From assembly GCA_002269645.1 (NCBI GenBank), contig NIVC01000236.1, positions 310,001 to 374,000 on the forward strand: DNA of 64,000 bases, read 5' to 3'. The stretch is from Macrostomum lignano. Taxonomy: Eukaryota. Made by a program: the position numbers and the translations under genes. This document shows, in pieces, positions 27,301 to 39,305 of this stretch. Position 1 is the first letter of the stretch. The number at the start of each line of letters is the position of its first letter. The notes beneath the pieces were generated by a model that was given only the letters and a program-made list of their open reading frames with translations, made no database searches and was not told the origin of the DNA.

Positions 27301-30300
27301 CCTACAACACTGCAATCATGAGGTGTCTGTCCCCTACAACACTGCAATCATCAGGAGTCTGTCCCCTACAGCACTCTGCAATCATCAGGAGTCTGTCCCC
27401 TACAGCACTCTGCAATCATCAGGAGTCTGTCCCCTACAACACTGCAATCATGAGGTGTCTGTCCCCTACAACACTGCAATCATCAGGAGTCTGTCCCCTA
27501 CAGCACTCTGCAATCATCAGGAGTCTGTCCCCTACAACACTGCAATCATCAGGTGTCCATCCCCTACAGCACTCTGCAATCATCAGGAGTCTGTCCCCTA
27601 CAGCACTCTGCAATCATCAGGAGTCTGTCCCCTACAGCACTGCAATCATCAGGTGTCTGTCCCCTACAGCACTCTGCAATCATCAGGAGTCTGTCCCCTA
27701 CAGCACTCTGCAATCATCAGGAGTCTGTCCCCTACAACACTGCAATCATGAGGTGTCTGTCCCCTACAACACTGCAATCATCAGGAGTCTGTCCCCTACA
27801 GCACTCTGCAATCATCAGGAGTCTGTCCCCTACAACACTGCAATCATCAGGAGTCTGTCCCCTACAGCACTGCAATCATCAGGAGTCTGTCCCCTACAGC
27901 ACTCTGCAATCATCAGGAGTCTGTCCCCTACAGCACTGCAATCATCAGGTGTCTGTCCCCTACAGCACTCTGCAATCATCAGGAGTCTGTCCCCTACAGC
28001 ACTCTGCAATCATCAGGAGTCTGTCCCCTACAACACTGCAATCATGAGGTGTCTGTCCCCTACAGCACTGCAATCATGAGGTGTCTGTCCCCTACAGCAC
28101 TGCAATCATGAGGTGTCTCAGTGTCTGTCCCCTACAACACTGCAATCATGAGGTGTCTCAGTGTCTGTCCCCTACAACACTGCAATCATCAGGAGTCTGT
28201 CCCCTACAGCACTCTGCAATCATCAGGAGTCTGTCCCCTACAACACTGCAATCATGAGGTGTCTGTCCCCTACAGCACTGCAATCATCAGGAGTCTGTCC
28301 CCTACAGCACTGCAATCATCAGGTGTCTGTCCCCTACAGCACTCTGCAATCATCAGGAGTCTGTCCCCTACAGCACTCTGCAATCATCAGGAGTCTGTCC
28401 CCTACAACACTGCAATCATGAGGTGTCTGTCCCCTACAACACTGCAATCATCAGGAGTCTGTCCCCTACAGCACTCTGCAATCATCAGGAGTCTGTCCCC
28501 TACAGCACTCTGCAATCATCAGGAGTCTGTCCCCTACAACACTGCAATCATGAGGTGTCTGTCCCCTACAACACTGCAATCATCAGGAGTCTGTCCCCTA
28601 CAGCACTCTGCAATCATCAGGAGTCTGTCCCCTACAACACTGCAATCATCAGGTGTCCATCCCCTACAGCACTCTGCAATCATCAGGAGTCTGTCCCCTA
28701 CAGCACTCTGCAATCATCAGGAGTCTGTCCCCTACAACACTGCAATCATCAGGTGTCTGTCCCCTACAGCACTCTGCAATCATCAGGAGTCTGTCCCCTA
28801 CAACACTGCAATCATCAGGTGTCTGTCCCCTACAGCACTCTGCAATTATCAGGTGTCCATCCATTATTGGATGTCTATCACCGACACAACTCAAGAACTT
28901 GCGGTGTCAGAGTGGTAGTTTCTAGTGGTCCTTGAACCTATTCCGGTTGGCCTGCCAGCCGTGTCAGGAGTCACTCACGACTCCCCCTGCCCCTGGTTCT
29001 TCCTGCCTGCAAAACTTTGGCGACCCCAGAGACACTCGTAAAAATTCGGCCACACCAACCAGAAATAAGCGATGACACGATGAGCGGAATGATGAGCATC
29101 TTGAGCATGTTCATGAGCAGCTCTCCTGGGAAGCCGACGATCATGATGGCCCGCTCTCCTGGACTGGCCAGCCGGGTGGTCAGGCCCACCACAATGCCCA
29201 GGACCACAGCCAGCACCGTCAGCGTCACCAGCAGATTCTCCGGCTCCATCATGGACTTGCGGGTCGTCTGCAGCCGGTGCCGGGCCCGCTGGCCGAAGGT
29301 CGCGTTGCTGGGCAGGCCGCTGCCGCCGCTCTCGATGCCGCTGCCGCCGGCGCCGCTCGGATCGACTGTGCGGCCGCCGTCCTCGATGAGCATCGGCTCC
29401 TTCGCGGCGTTGTTGCCTTCGTTATTGCCCTCCTCGCTGCGGGTCGGGGGGTTGGGAGAAGGCAGTCAGCTTTTAATCCTCTCTCCCACCCTGTAACCAG
29501 TCAGAATAAATCAACGGTTACAAAGACTCGCAAAGACGTACGCTTAATTACAAAGACCGTTTGCTGCCTACTGATATTAGTATAGGGGAATAAATAAATA
29601 ATGTGCAACTGCACTAAGTCAAAAACTACAAAACTGCAGACTGCAGAGAGAAGGAGCTCAGTGCTGTTGATTCCCTCACAGTCTGCAGACTGCAGAGAGA
29701 AGGAGCTCAGTGCTGTTGATTCCCTCACAGTCTGCAGACTGCAGAGAGAAGGAGCTCAGTGTTGTTGATTCCCTCACAGTCTGCAGACTGCAGAGAGAAG
29801 GAGCTCAGTGCTGTTGATTCCCTCACAGTCTGCAGACTGCAGAGAGAAGGAGCTCAGTGCTGTTGATTCCCTCACAGTCTGCAGACTGCAGAGAGAAGGA
29901 GCTCAGTGCTGTTGATTCCCTCACAGTCTGCAGACTGCAGAGAGAAGGAGCTCAGTGTTGTTGATTCCCTCACAGTCTGCAGACTGCAGGGAGAAGGAGC
30001 TCAGTGCTGTTGATTCCCTCACAGTCTGCAGACTGCAGAGAGAAGGAGCTCAGTGTTGTTGATTCCCTCACAGTCTGCAGACTGCAGAGAGAAGGAGCTC
30101 AGTGCTGTTGATTCCCTCACAGTCTGCAGACTGCAGAGAGAAGGAGCTCAGTGTTGTTGATTCCCTCACAGTCTGCAGACTGCAGAGAGAAGGAGCTCAG
30201 TGCTGTTGATTCCCTCACAGTCTGCAGACTGCAGAGAGAAGGAGCTCAGTGCTGTTGATTCCCTCACAGTCTGCAGACTGCAGGGAGAAGGAGCTCAGTG

Positions 30301-31133
30301 CTGTTGATTCCCTCACAGTCTGCAGACTGCAGAGAGAAGGAGCTCAGTGTTGTTGATTCCCTCACAGTCTGCAGACTGCAGAGAGAAGGAGCTCAGTGTT
30401 GTTGATTCCCTCACAGTCTGCAGACTGCAGAGAGAAGGAGCTCAGTGCTGTTGATTCCCTCACAGTCTGCAGACTGCAGCAGGGGCGTAGCCAGGATTTT
30501 TTTTTGGGGGTATCGGTTAGCTGTTATCAGAAAGCAAGGGCTTGAGATCCACATATCCCCTTAATGTATTTCTAGTGCATAATACATATAATTACTCTAT
30601 TTGTTTGTTAATTGTTATTCTTTCGATTTGGATACCTTTCTCTTCCTTAGTTAATGGTCACAATTGCAACTGAAAAAAGGAAAAAAAATGTTGCTTTGGA
30701 AATTTGGGGGTATCGGCCGATATACCGATACCCCCCTCGCTACGCCCCTGGACTGCAGAGAGAAGGAGCTCAGTGCTGTTGATTCCCTCACAGTCTGCAG
30801 ACTGCAGAGAGAAGGAGCTCAGTGTTGTTGATTCCCTCACAGTCTGCAGACTGCAGAGAGAAGGAGCTCAGTGTTGTTGATTCCCTCACAGTCTGCAGAC
30901 TGCAGAGAGAAGGAGCTCAGTGCTGTTGATTCCCTCACAGTCTGCAGACTGCAGAGAGAAGGAGCTCAGTGTTGTTGATTCCCTCACAGTCTGCAGACTG
31001 CAGAGAGAAGGAGCTTCGTGTGGGTCGGTAATACGCAAAAATTGCCTCAACAAAAAATACCCGAAGATACTCACTTGGGACTAGGATTAGACTTCTTAAA
31101 CTTGCTCTTTATTACGTCCAGAGGGTTAGACAT
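18305..31133 (-). CDS. SLC1A2-like: SLC1 / excitatory amino acid (glutamate-aspartate) transporter, 8 exons, ~599 aa
   Basis: Exons (minus strand) 31133-31075, 29436-29060, 24378-24165, 22997-22837, 22645-22519, 22325-21897, 21802-21668, 18602-18305. Total 1800 nt and every phase is compatible. Motifs: TASSAATLP (HP1), NMDGTALYE (TM7), [12 protein letters not shown] (HP2), [18 protein letters not shown] (TM8, with the Arg for acidic substrates). The first exon ([19 protein letters not shown], cagccATG ... AA|GTGAGT) is not in the ORF track. Confidence 0.93.
18735..18790 (-). other. tRNA-derived fragment (tRNA-Lys-like 3' half; possible SINE head or pseudogene)
   Basis: Minus strand reads AATCTGAGAGTCCCGGGTTCGAGTCC, containing a B-box/T-loop, with a T4 run just downstream. 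The 5' half does not form a cloverleaf. Confidence 0.3.
19640..21665. repeat. 20-bp minisatellite (CCCTTCACTGTCACTC[T/C]AAA), ~100 copies
   Basis: Lies in the last EAAT intron and starts immediately at its donor (GTGAGTGACAGTGAAGGG). Confidence 0.95.
25008..28860. repeat. 32/34-bp minisatellite (CTGCAATCATCAGG[T/A]GTCTGT[T/C]CCCTACAGCA..) with higher-order blocks
   Basis: More than 110 copies in EAAT intron 2. Confidence 0.95.
29633..31015. repeat. 49-bp minisatellite (CTGCAGAGAGAAGGAGCTCAGTGCTGTTGATTCCCTCACAGTCTGCAGA), interrupted by a MITE
   Basis: About 22 copies in EAAT intron 1. Confidence 0.95.
30480..30750. mobile_element. 271-bp hAT-type MITE with TIR CAGGGGCGTAGC and 8-bp TSD GACTGCAG
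   Basis: Inverted termini CAGGGGCGTAGC...GCTACGCCCCTG. GACTGCAG is duplicated at 30472-30479 and 30751-30758. Confidence 0.85.
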
Positions 31134-32459
31134 GGCTGGCTGAGGTTTCCTGTCTTGCTATTCAGCTAGATTAATTCAGTTCTACCGGGAAATAATTTCA
31201 GTGCCAAAAATGCGAGGCGCTTTTGATTTGCTTTTTTGGCTTTTGGACGACTTAACAAAACAACTTTCTTCACTTTGCTTGCGCCAGCAATCTGAGGGTT
31301 CCACGATATTCTATTCTAGGGGTGGTATGCGGGTGAAGGCTCGCAACTTTATAGCGCCAAAGCCTTCATAGGACAGGAGGAAGAAGGGAGAGAGACGAGC
31401 TGGAGACCAACCACCCAATAAACCGGAGTGCCAGGTCCGAGCGAACCCTGGAGATCGAGGCTGTCATTGGCGGGAAAGAGGGGAACAGAGGGGACAGTCT
31501 GCATGGCGGGAGACCACTGAGAGAGAATTGAAAAAATAGGGATCTAATCTCTGGACTGAGGACTGTTGACTGTTGACTGCAAGGATGACACATCGCATCC
31601 TTGAATGTGTATACCGGCTTAGACTTTGGTTCCAAGTTTAGAAGTCCATATGTTAAAAATAATTTTGTGAACTTTGTTGGCTGCCAAGAGCTATAATAGC
31701 GGCCGCCAATGATGATATGCGCAATGATATCCTTGCATAAATGCTATCACATTACAGGACTGTGTTGATGCAGGCTACAGCTCACAATAGTATCTATGCT
31801 ATTATAAAGGTAGAATCTAGAATCGAGTATCTATAAAAAAAGAGTTCTAGAATTTCGGCCGAAATCTAGATCTGGATCCACAGTGCCTAAATAGATCGAT
31901 GAATTTCAACTGGTTAAACCCGAGAGAGCCCTAATTGCAATTCTAGGTCACTTTGTTTTCCAGTTCTGTCTGTTTGTACTTTCTTATTTCTTTTCCTAGA
32001 AATCTCTAAGGTCTTTGTCTTCTTTTGTCAAGCTTTTTTTAAACTCGAAAAACCTGTCTAGGTCGGCTCCGGCTGAAGACTTTGGGCAGTTGGTCTTTGT
32101 TTGTGCTCCAGCACGTGAACCGGGAGTCCTACAGAACACAGCTTTAACAGCTGTTAAAGTTCAGTGGGGTCTTGGCAAATAGAATTCTCAGGGGAACACG
32201 GAGGCACCAGAGCAGTAAAATCTGAGGTAACAAAGCCAGAATTGAAGATATTCAAGTCTATTGAAGCTCGCATTATACCCACAACGCTGTGTCATGAAAA
32301 TCTGGAATAAAAAATTTCTAGTTCTAATTTCGTGGCTGTGACTCGTATAAACCTTCTTACTAGTTTGTCTGCCTGAGCTTCAATTCTAGCTTTGGTTGGA
32401 CTCAGAGTTCTTTATTGCTTAGCGATTAGATCCTATTTTTGAGAGGATAATTTGTGGGA

Positions 32460-32990
32460 TCAGGTGACACTCAGGGACGGGAGGGTGACACTCAGGGACG
32501 GGAGGGTGATACTCAGGGACGGGACGGGAGAGTGACACACAGGGACGGGAGGGTGACACTCAGGGATGGAGGAGTCATACTCAGGGACGGGAGGGTGACA
32601 CTCAGGGATGGAGGAGTCATACTCAGGGACGGGAGGGTGATACTCAGGGACGGGAGGGTGATACTCAGGGACGGGAGGGTGATACTCAGGGATGGGAGAG
32701 TGATACTCAGGGACGGGAGGGTGACACTCAGGGACGGGAGGGTGACACTCAGGGACGGGAGGGTGATACTCAGGGACGGGAGGGTGACACTCAGGGACGG
32801 GAGGGTGACACTCAGGGACGGGAAGGTGATACTCAGGGACGGGAGGGTGACACTCAGGGATGGGAGGGTGACACTCAGGGACGGGAGGGTGATACTCAGG
32901 GACGGGAGGGTGACACTCAGGGATGGGAGGGTGATACTCAGGGACGGGAGGGTGATACTCAGGGACGGGAGGGTGAGACTCAGTGATGGG
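32460..32990. repeat. 21-bp G-rich minisatellite (TCAGGGACGGGAGGGTGA[C/T]AC)
   Basis: About 25 copies with three GGG tracts per unit. Confidence 0.92.
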
Positions 32991-33685
32991 AGGTTTGTGC
33001 TCAGAGGAAAGAGATTTTTGAGAGTCAAGACTAATTTTCCCACATTTCTACTGCCGAGTAGTCTGATTTGAATGAGAGGGGGCCAGTCTAGCCAACCACA
33101 CTGCACTGTTGCGATTTTGAGCTGTTGTGCAGCCCTCAAATTCAATTACGAGCGTAATAAGGTGAAATCGGGCAGACTCTCTGCAAGAAATTCGCTGCAG
33201 CATCAGATCAGAGGGTGAAGATTCTGTTTGGACTGGGGAAGCGGACTCTTGATCCCATTGTGCCCCGCAGCTGCTGCAGGCCGCAGGCTGGACGGGATCA
33301 AAAGACTCCGCTGGCCACGTGCTGATTACAGGCCCAGCAGCGCAGACACGGCCATCAAAGCAGCGCTTTTGTCTGAAATTCTGCTTTTATTCAGACACGA
33401 ACTTCACGAAGTCAGCAGGTTTCACATTAGTCTGTGGGCCGCTTTTCAAACTGGGCTAAACTTACCTGTCACAGCTGAGAAGCCGGTTTGACAGCAGCAT
33501 TTCTTGCTTTATCAGCACTCTTCTTGTGTGCGAACCGCTGCTGGCTTGAGAAGTGAGTCTGATCTGCTTTGATCCTGAGTCCTGAGCTTTTTGTGATGGT
33601 AAACTTTCAATAGTGAACTATATGCGGGCTGTGAGGGCGAAGCAGTAGGGAGCCTCGTCATTGGCCCTCGCAATCTACATTGGCC

Positions 33686-33890
33686 GCAGACACTCAAGCG
33701 CCGCAGATACTCAAGCGCCGCAGACACTCAAGCGCCGCAGACACTCAAAGCGCCGCAGACACTCAAGCGCCGCAGACACTCAAGCGCCGCAGACACTCAC
33801 TTAATCGCCGCAGACACTCAAGCGCCGCAGACACTCAAGCGCCGCAGACACTCAAGCGCCGCAGACACTCAATTAAGCGCCTCAGACTCT
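33686..33890. repeat. 17-bp minisatellite (CGCAGACACTCAAGCGC)
   Basis: Direct tandem repetition. Confidence 0.88.
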
Positions 33891-33951
33891 CAGTTTAGCG
33901 CTTGTTGTACCCTTGGGGGCGATGCCTCTGCTGCCAACTAGACCGTCAGGA

Positions 33952-34111
33952 CACTGGACACTCTGAGGGATCACCCGAATGGACCACCCGAACAGACCAC
34001 CCGCATGGCTGCAGACTTCCAGTAATACCCACCACTGGACACTCTGAGGGATCACCCGAATGAACCACCCGAACAGACCACCCGTATGGCTGCAGACTTC
34101 CAGTAATACCC
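33952..34111. repeat. 81-bp tandem duplication (2 copies)
   Basis: CACTGGACACTCTGAGGG...CAGTAATACC occurs at 33952 and 34033. Confidence 0.85.
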
Positions 34112-35387
34112 AAAGGCCCTTTGCAGCTCAACAGAATGCCTAAACTGTGTAGGGCTCTGGTGAAATGTGAGCACGAAAAAAGCACAATTCAGACTTGTTG
34201 ACCCGCTGGTCATCTACAATCGGACAGCCGCAACAAGTGGGTCGCTCCACCCGGAGATGAGAGCGCCTACTCAGCTCAGCTGAGTCGCACTAATAATGAA
34301 TGCCCTGTTTTTTGGTCACGCCATCCTCGAGTCCCTGAGAGGCAGGTGCTCAAGCTCCCAGTTGCACCTTGTTAGCTGTGCTGAACCGGGCCTTTGGTAG
34401 GCAGTGAAATTAATCACTGGGCTGGGTCAGGCGCTTTTAATCTGAGCCCAGGCAGGACCAGGGGAACGGGTGATAAATGGGGATTCACTGACACTAAAGT
34501 GAATGATGGAGTTTGCACACGGAGAATAAAAAACAGTAAAATCAGGGATAGAAACTACTCGTAATTGTCAAATATAGCATTTTTCAAGCCAATTAAGCCT
34601 AGGAGCAAGCAATTTAATCCTTAGTGGGAAAATCAAGCTATTAAAGACTTGCTTTTCATCGTCTATGGCCCGAAGGGGGTCTGTGGAGCAACCAATTTGA
34701 GAATTCGGGCGCGCAATTAATCCTTTCTACAGTTGTGCAAGCATAGAAGCATAGAAGCCACACTGGGAAACGGAGGAGAATGTGCACATCTTTTGAAGCC
34801 AATCGAGAGGAAATAATATAGTCTATGGCCAAACCTAATTTGGTTAACGCATGGACAGCCAAGAGGATAAAATGCCCATAGTACCTTAAGTAATAATAGG
34901 ATAGAATGCAGATTAATTAATTTATGGTACAAATGGGGGCCATAGCCTAGCGACATTCTGATGTCCCAGCGGCCCAGGCTCGATTCCAAGTGCAGTTCAT
35001 TAAACTTGGCTTGGCTCTGCTCGGGGCAATAACCGCCACTGATGGCCGACCCCCAAAGCATAGTGAGGTGTACATGCCAACTAGTTTAACAAAATTCTCG
35101 AATTGACACGACTCTATTGGTCGACCTTGACGTTTGTGTGTTGGTTCTTTATTCAGTTTTCTGATGTTATTAGAAACGGCTTCTATTGTTGGAAATGTAT
35201 TCAAGTTCCGTTGTCAGGCGAACACGAACGTGATTAATAATTCTCAAATTATTCAACAGAAAAGTTTTTCCAGTTTGCAAAAAAAAATCAATTAAAAGTT
35301 CGATTAAAGTAAACTCTTCAATAATAGTTAGAGGTAAGACAGTAAAGTGCTGACTAGCCGGAATTCCTATCCTGCAAATACAACTGA

Positions 35388-35595
35388 GTGGGCGCCAGTT
35401 CAGTTGTGTGGGCGCCAGTTCAGTTGTGTGGGCGCCAGTTCAGTTGTGTGGGCGCCAGTTCAGTTGTGTGGGCGCCAGTTCAGTTGTGTGGGCGCCATTT
35501 CAGATGAGTGGAGGCCATTTCAGCTGTGTGGGCGCCATTTCAGTTATTGTATGTGGGTGCCATTTCAGCTGAGTTGGCGCCAGTTCAGCTGAGTG
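35388..35595. repeat. 20-bp minisatellite (GGCGCCAGTTCAGTTGTGTG)
   Basis: Direct tandem repetition. Confidence 0.85.
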
Positions 35596-35985
35596 CGCAA
35601 TACCTGTGGGACGTTACACTCATAAATCCTGAGAATATCGTTGCGATGGCATTTCATGAACGCAATTTTTTGTAGGCTATTTACTATTTTGCCAACAGAA
35701 AATGCACAAAAAGCGTTTTATACTACCCTAAGTAGCCATCTGAAAATTTGCAAACTTGAGGGGAATTTACCCACAGATATTCTACTCCAGTTAATTTTGA
35801 AAGAATTGAAAGAATAAAGAATTGGTAAACAGATATCTATGGTTAAAAGCACTCAGTGCAGAGTAAGCTTAAATTTAAAGAAGGTTTTGCGTGTAGTCAG
35901 GAAAGTGGATTACAAATGATTAAAATCAATTTTCTAAATTATTAAAACTTGTTAATTGGAATTTCTCACCCAGCCAGCCGCAGCC

Positions 35986-38441
35986 ATGGCCTTCTTTACT
36001 CCGGAGATGCGGCGCCTGCAGGACGAGTACATGGAGACCATGAAAACCAGGGACGAGATGCGCGACATGCTTGTCACGTCTAGCCGGGAGCACGCAGTCA
36101 ACGGCTTCTCCCAGGACCTGGAGCAGTTCACCAAGACGGTGGAGCTGGCCTACTCCATGGTGAACCAGATCGACCTGAGTAACGCTGACGAGAGCGACCT
36201 GCTCAAAACTATCCAAGAGGTCAACAGGGGCATTCACTACGCCAACACCACGCTGCGCTCCATTCACGCCAAGTTCAACGAGATGCAGAACGCAGTCTGC
36301 CACCAGCAGCTGCTCGACGTCAAGAAGGAGAAGGCGCTGCCGAACCTCAGCCCGTCCGACTATGTGGTGCTCAGGGATCTCATCGTGACCCTGCACACCG
36401 AGTTCGACTCTGTGGACTCGGTTTACCTGTCTGTGAGTCTGATTAAGGTGCTCTGTTGTGGGGACTCGGTGTGTCACTCCAAAACCCTCCCATGCAGACT
36501 TGGAAGACAATCCTGCTGCTGAAGTGCCTCGGCTACAGGGAGCCCAGCCAGCGTCTGATGGAGCTCATCGAGGATCGCATCAGCCGCAGCGCCGCGCGAA
36601 AAAGCGACAGCCGTCGGGTGCCGCTGCTCCGGCTGCTGCACTTTCTGAACCTCAACCGGCCGCGCTACGACCGCCACTTCGACTGCCTGCAGGAGGCCAA
36701 GTCTGTGAGCTGGGGCGGGTGAGGGCAGGTGGCAGACAGTCTGTGAGCTGGGGCGGGTGAGGGCAGATGGCAGACAGTCTGTGAGCTGGGGCGGGTGAGG
36801 GCAGATGGCAGACAGTCTGTGAGCTGGGGCGGGTGAGGGCAGATGGCAGACAGTCTGTGAGCTGGGGCGGGTGAGGGCAGGTGGCAGACAGTCTGTGAGC
36901 TGGGGCGGGTGAGGGCAGGTGGCAGACAGTCTGTGAGCTGGGGCGGGTGAGGGCAGATGGCAGACAGTCTGTGAGCTGGGGCGGGTGAGGGCAGGTGGCA
37001 GACAGTCTGTGAGCTGGGGCGGGTGAGGGCAGATGGCAGACAGTCTGTGAGCTGGGGCGGGTGAGGGCAGATGGCAGACAGTCTGTGAGCTGGGGCGGGT
37101 GAGGGCAGATGGCAGACAGTCTGTGAGCTGGGGCGGGTGAGGGCAGATGGCAGACAGTCTGTGAGCTGGGGCGGGTGAGGGCAGGTGGCAGACAGTCTGT
37201 GAGCTGGGGCGGTTGAGGGCAGGTGGCAGACAGTCTGTGAGCTGGGGCGGGTGAGGGCAGGTGGCAGACAGTCTGTGAGCTGGGGCGGGTGAGGGCAGAT
37301 GGCAGACAGTCTGTGAGCTGGGGCGGGTGAGGGCAGGTGGCAGACAGTCTGTGAGCTGGGGCGGGTGAGGGCAGATGGCAGACAGTCTGTGAGCTGGGGC
37401 GGGTGAGGGCAGATGGCAGACAGTCTTTGAGCTGGGGCGGGTGAGGGCAGATGGCAGACAGTCTGTGAGCTGGGGCGGGTGAGGGCAGGTGGCAGACAGT
37501 CTGTGAGCTGGGGCGGGTGAGGGCAGGTGGCAGACAGTCTGTGAGCTGGGGCGGGTGAGGGCAGATGGCAGACAGTCTGTGAGCTGGGGCGGGTGAGGGC
37601 AGATGGCAGACAGTCTGTGAGCTGGGGCGGGTGAGGGCAGATGGCAGACAGTCTGTGAGCTGGGGCGGGTGAGGGCAGATGGCAGACAGTCTGTGAGCTG
37701 GGGCGGGTGAGGGCAGATGGCAGACAGTCTGTGAGCTGGGGCGGGTGAGGGCAGATGGCAGACAGTCTGTGAGCTGGGGCGGGTGAGGGCAGGTGGCAGA
37801 CAGTCTGTGAGCTAGGGCGGGTGAGGGCAGGTGGCAGACAGTCTGTGAGCTGGGGCGGGTGAGGGCAGATGGCAGACAGTCTGTGAGCTGGGGCGGGTGA
37901 GGGCAGATGGCAGACAGTCTGTGAGCTGGGGCGGGTGAGGGCAGATGGCAGACAGTCAGACAGTCAGGACCAATACTTTTATATCAAACTCAACTCTGAT
38001 CAGCACTGCTCGGTGATTGATGACGCCGTGAGGCTGAGCATGGCCCGCAAGCTGCTGGCCCAGTACGTCCCGGACATGCCGGCCCAGGTATCCGAAGCGC
38101 TGACCCGGCGGCATGACTACAACAACACGTCTAGACTGAGCTTCCTGCAGTTCGCCCTGATGGTGGGGCCGCTGATCGAGCAGGTGCCGCAGCCGGAGCT
38201 GGACCAGGCCGAGGAAGAGGAGGCGACAGTCGAGATCGGCGGCAGCGGCGGCACTGGTGCCGGCGGCCCTGGCGGAAGCGACGAAACCGAGGGAGGTGAG
38301 GAGAGCGCGGATGGGGAAGAAGATGAAGAGCAGCAGCAGCAGCAGCGCAGGAACTCCGCGGTGGACGAGGAGGAGGAGCCGCTGACCCCAGAGGGCGGCG
38401 AGGAGGGGGAGGAGTCCGAGGAGGAGCAGCCGGCGCTGTGA
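35986..38441 (+). CDS. uncharacterised protein: helical/coiled-coil N-terminus, degenerate calmodulin-like EF-hand region, acidic tail (~363-379 aa)
   Basis: Exons 35986-36432, 36498-36704 and 38004-38441. Alternative in-frame acceptors would start exon 3 at 37956 or 37968. High GC3 and a cagccATG start context. EF-hand-like segments FDSVDSVYLSTWKTILLLKCLG and HDYNNTSRLSFLQF; the domain call is inference. Confidence 0.72.
36700..37957. repeat. 38-bp G-rich minisatellite (AGTCTGTGAGCTGGGGCGGGTGAGGGCAG[A/G]TGGCAGAC), ~33 copies
   Basis: The first unit overlaps the exon 2 end and donor. The array fills nearly the whole intron. Confidence 0.95.
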
Positions 38442-38914
38442 AGACGGCGATGGGCGAGGTGCATGAGCTGGTGGCGGGAATAAAATTTAACTTTATAGAT
38501 ACGACTCGGGAATAGGGAAAAGATTTGTCAGTCAACACAGCGTAAAAAAACACGTGCCGCACTGGTTTATTCAGGCCCGGGATGATTTCCTCTCAACAAT
38601 CGCTAATCCTCCAATCCCTTTGAGCTGCAATAAAACCGCAAATTCGTGCAAGTAAATCATTAACAATCGTTTCCATGTATCAAGATAAACCCAGCACTTT
38701 TTTCCATCTATTATTACTATCAGTAGAGTTTTCAGTGGCTGGAAAACTAATTTCAAGACAGACAGACGCGGCTTCGCCTGGGAAAGATTGAAAAATTGAT
38801 GCAACCGGCCTCCAGCAAAATGTGCACGAAATGAGAGGGTAGCATCTCAATTTAACTGTCCATGACTTGAGCAACCGGCCTTTATAACAGCTTCTGAGAC
38901 ACTCTGACATACCT

Positions 38915-39305
38915 CTGTGACACTATGACACACCACCGCAGCCTCTGTGACTCCCTGACACACCACTGAAGCCTCTGTGACTCCCTGACACACCACTGAA
39001 GCCTCTGTGACTCCCTGACACACCACTGAAGCCTCTGTGACTCCCTGACACACCACCGCAGCCTCTGTGACTCCCTGACACACCACCGCAGCCTCTGTGA
39101 CTCCCTGACACACCACCGCAGCCTCTGTGACTCCCTGACACACCACCGCAGCCTCTGTGACTCCCTGACACACCACCGCAGCCTCTGTGACTCCCTGACA
39201 CATCACCACAGCCTCTGTGACTCCCTGACACATCACCACAGCCTCTGTGACTCCCTGACTCACCACCGCAGCCTCTGTGACTCCCTGACACACCACCGCA
39301 GCCTG
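38915..39305. repeat. 30-bp minisatellite (GCCTCTGTGACTCCCTGACACACCACCGCA)
   Basis: About 13 copies between two convergent genes. Confidence 0.92.

Noticed and set aside
25008-28860. CTGATGA in every unit (minus strand), and CTGATGA at ~43614, as possible hammerhead ribozymes
   Set aside because: No stem II followed by GAAA in the required order.
31370-31560. WRETTERELKK-like peptide reminiscent of an RTE/LINE C-terminus
   Set aside because: Too short and degenerate, needs frameshifts, and no RT motifs are nearby.
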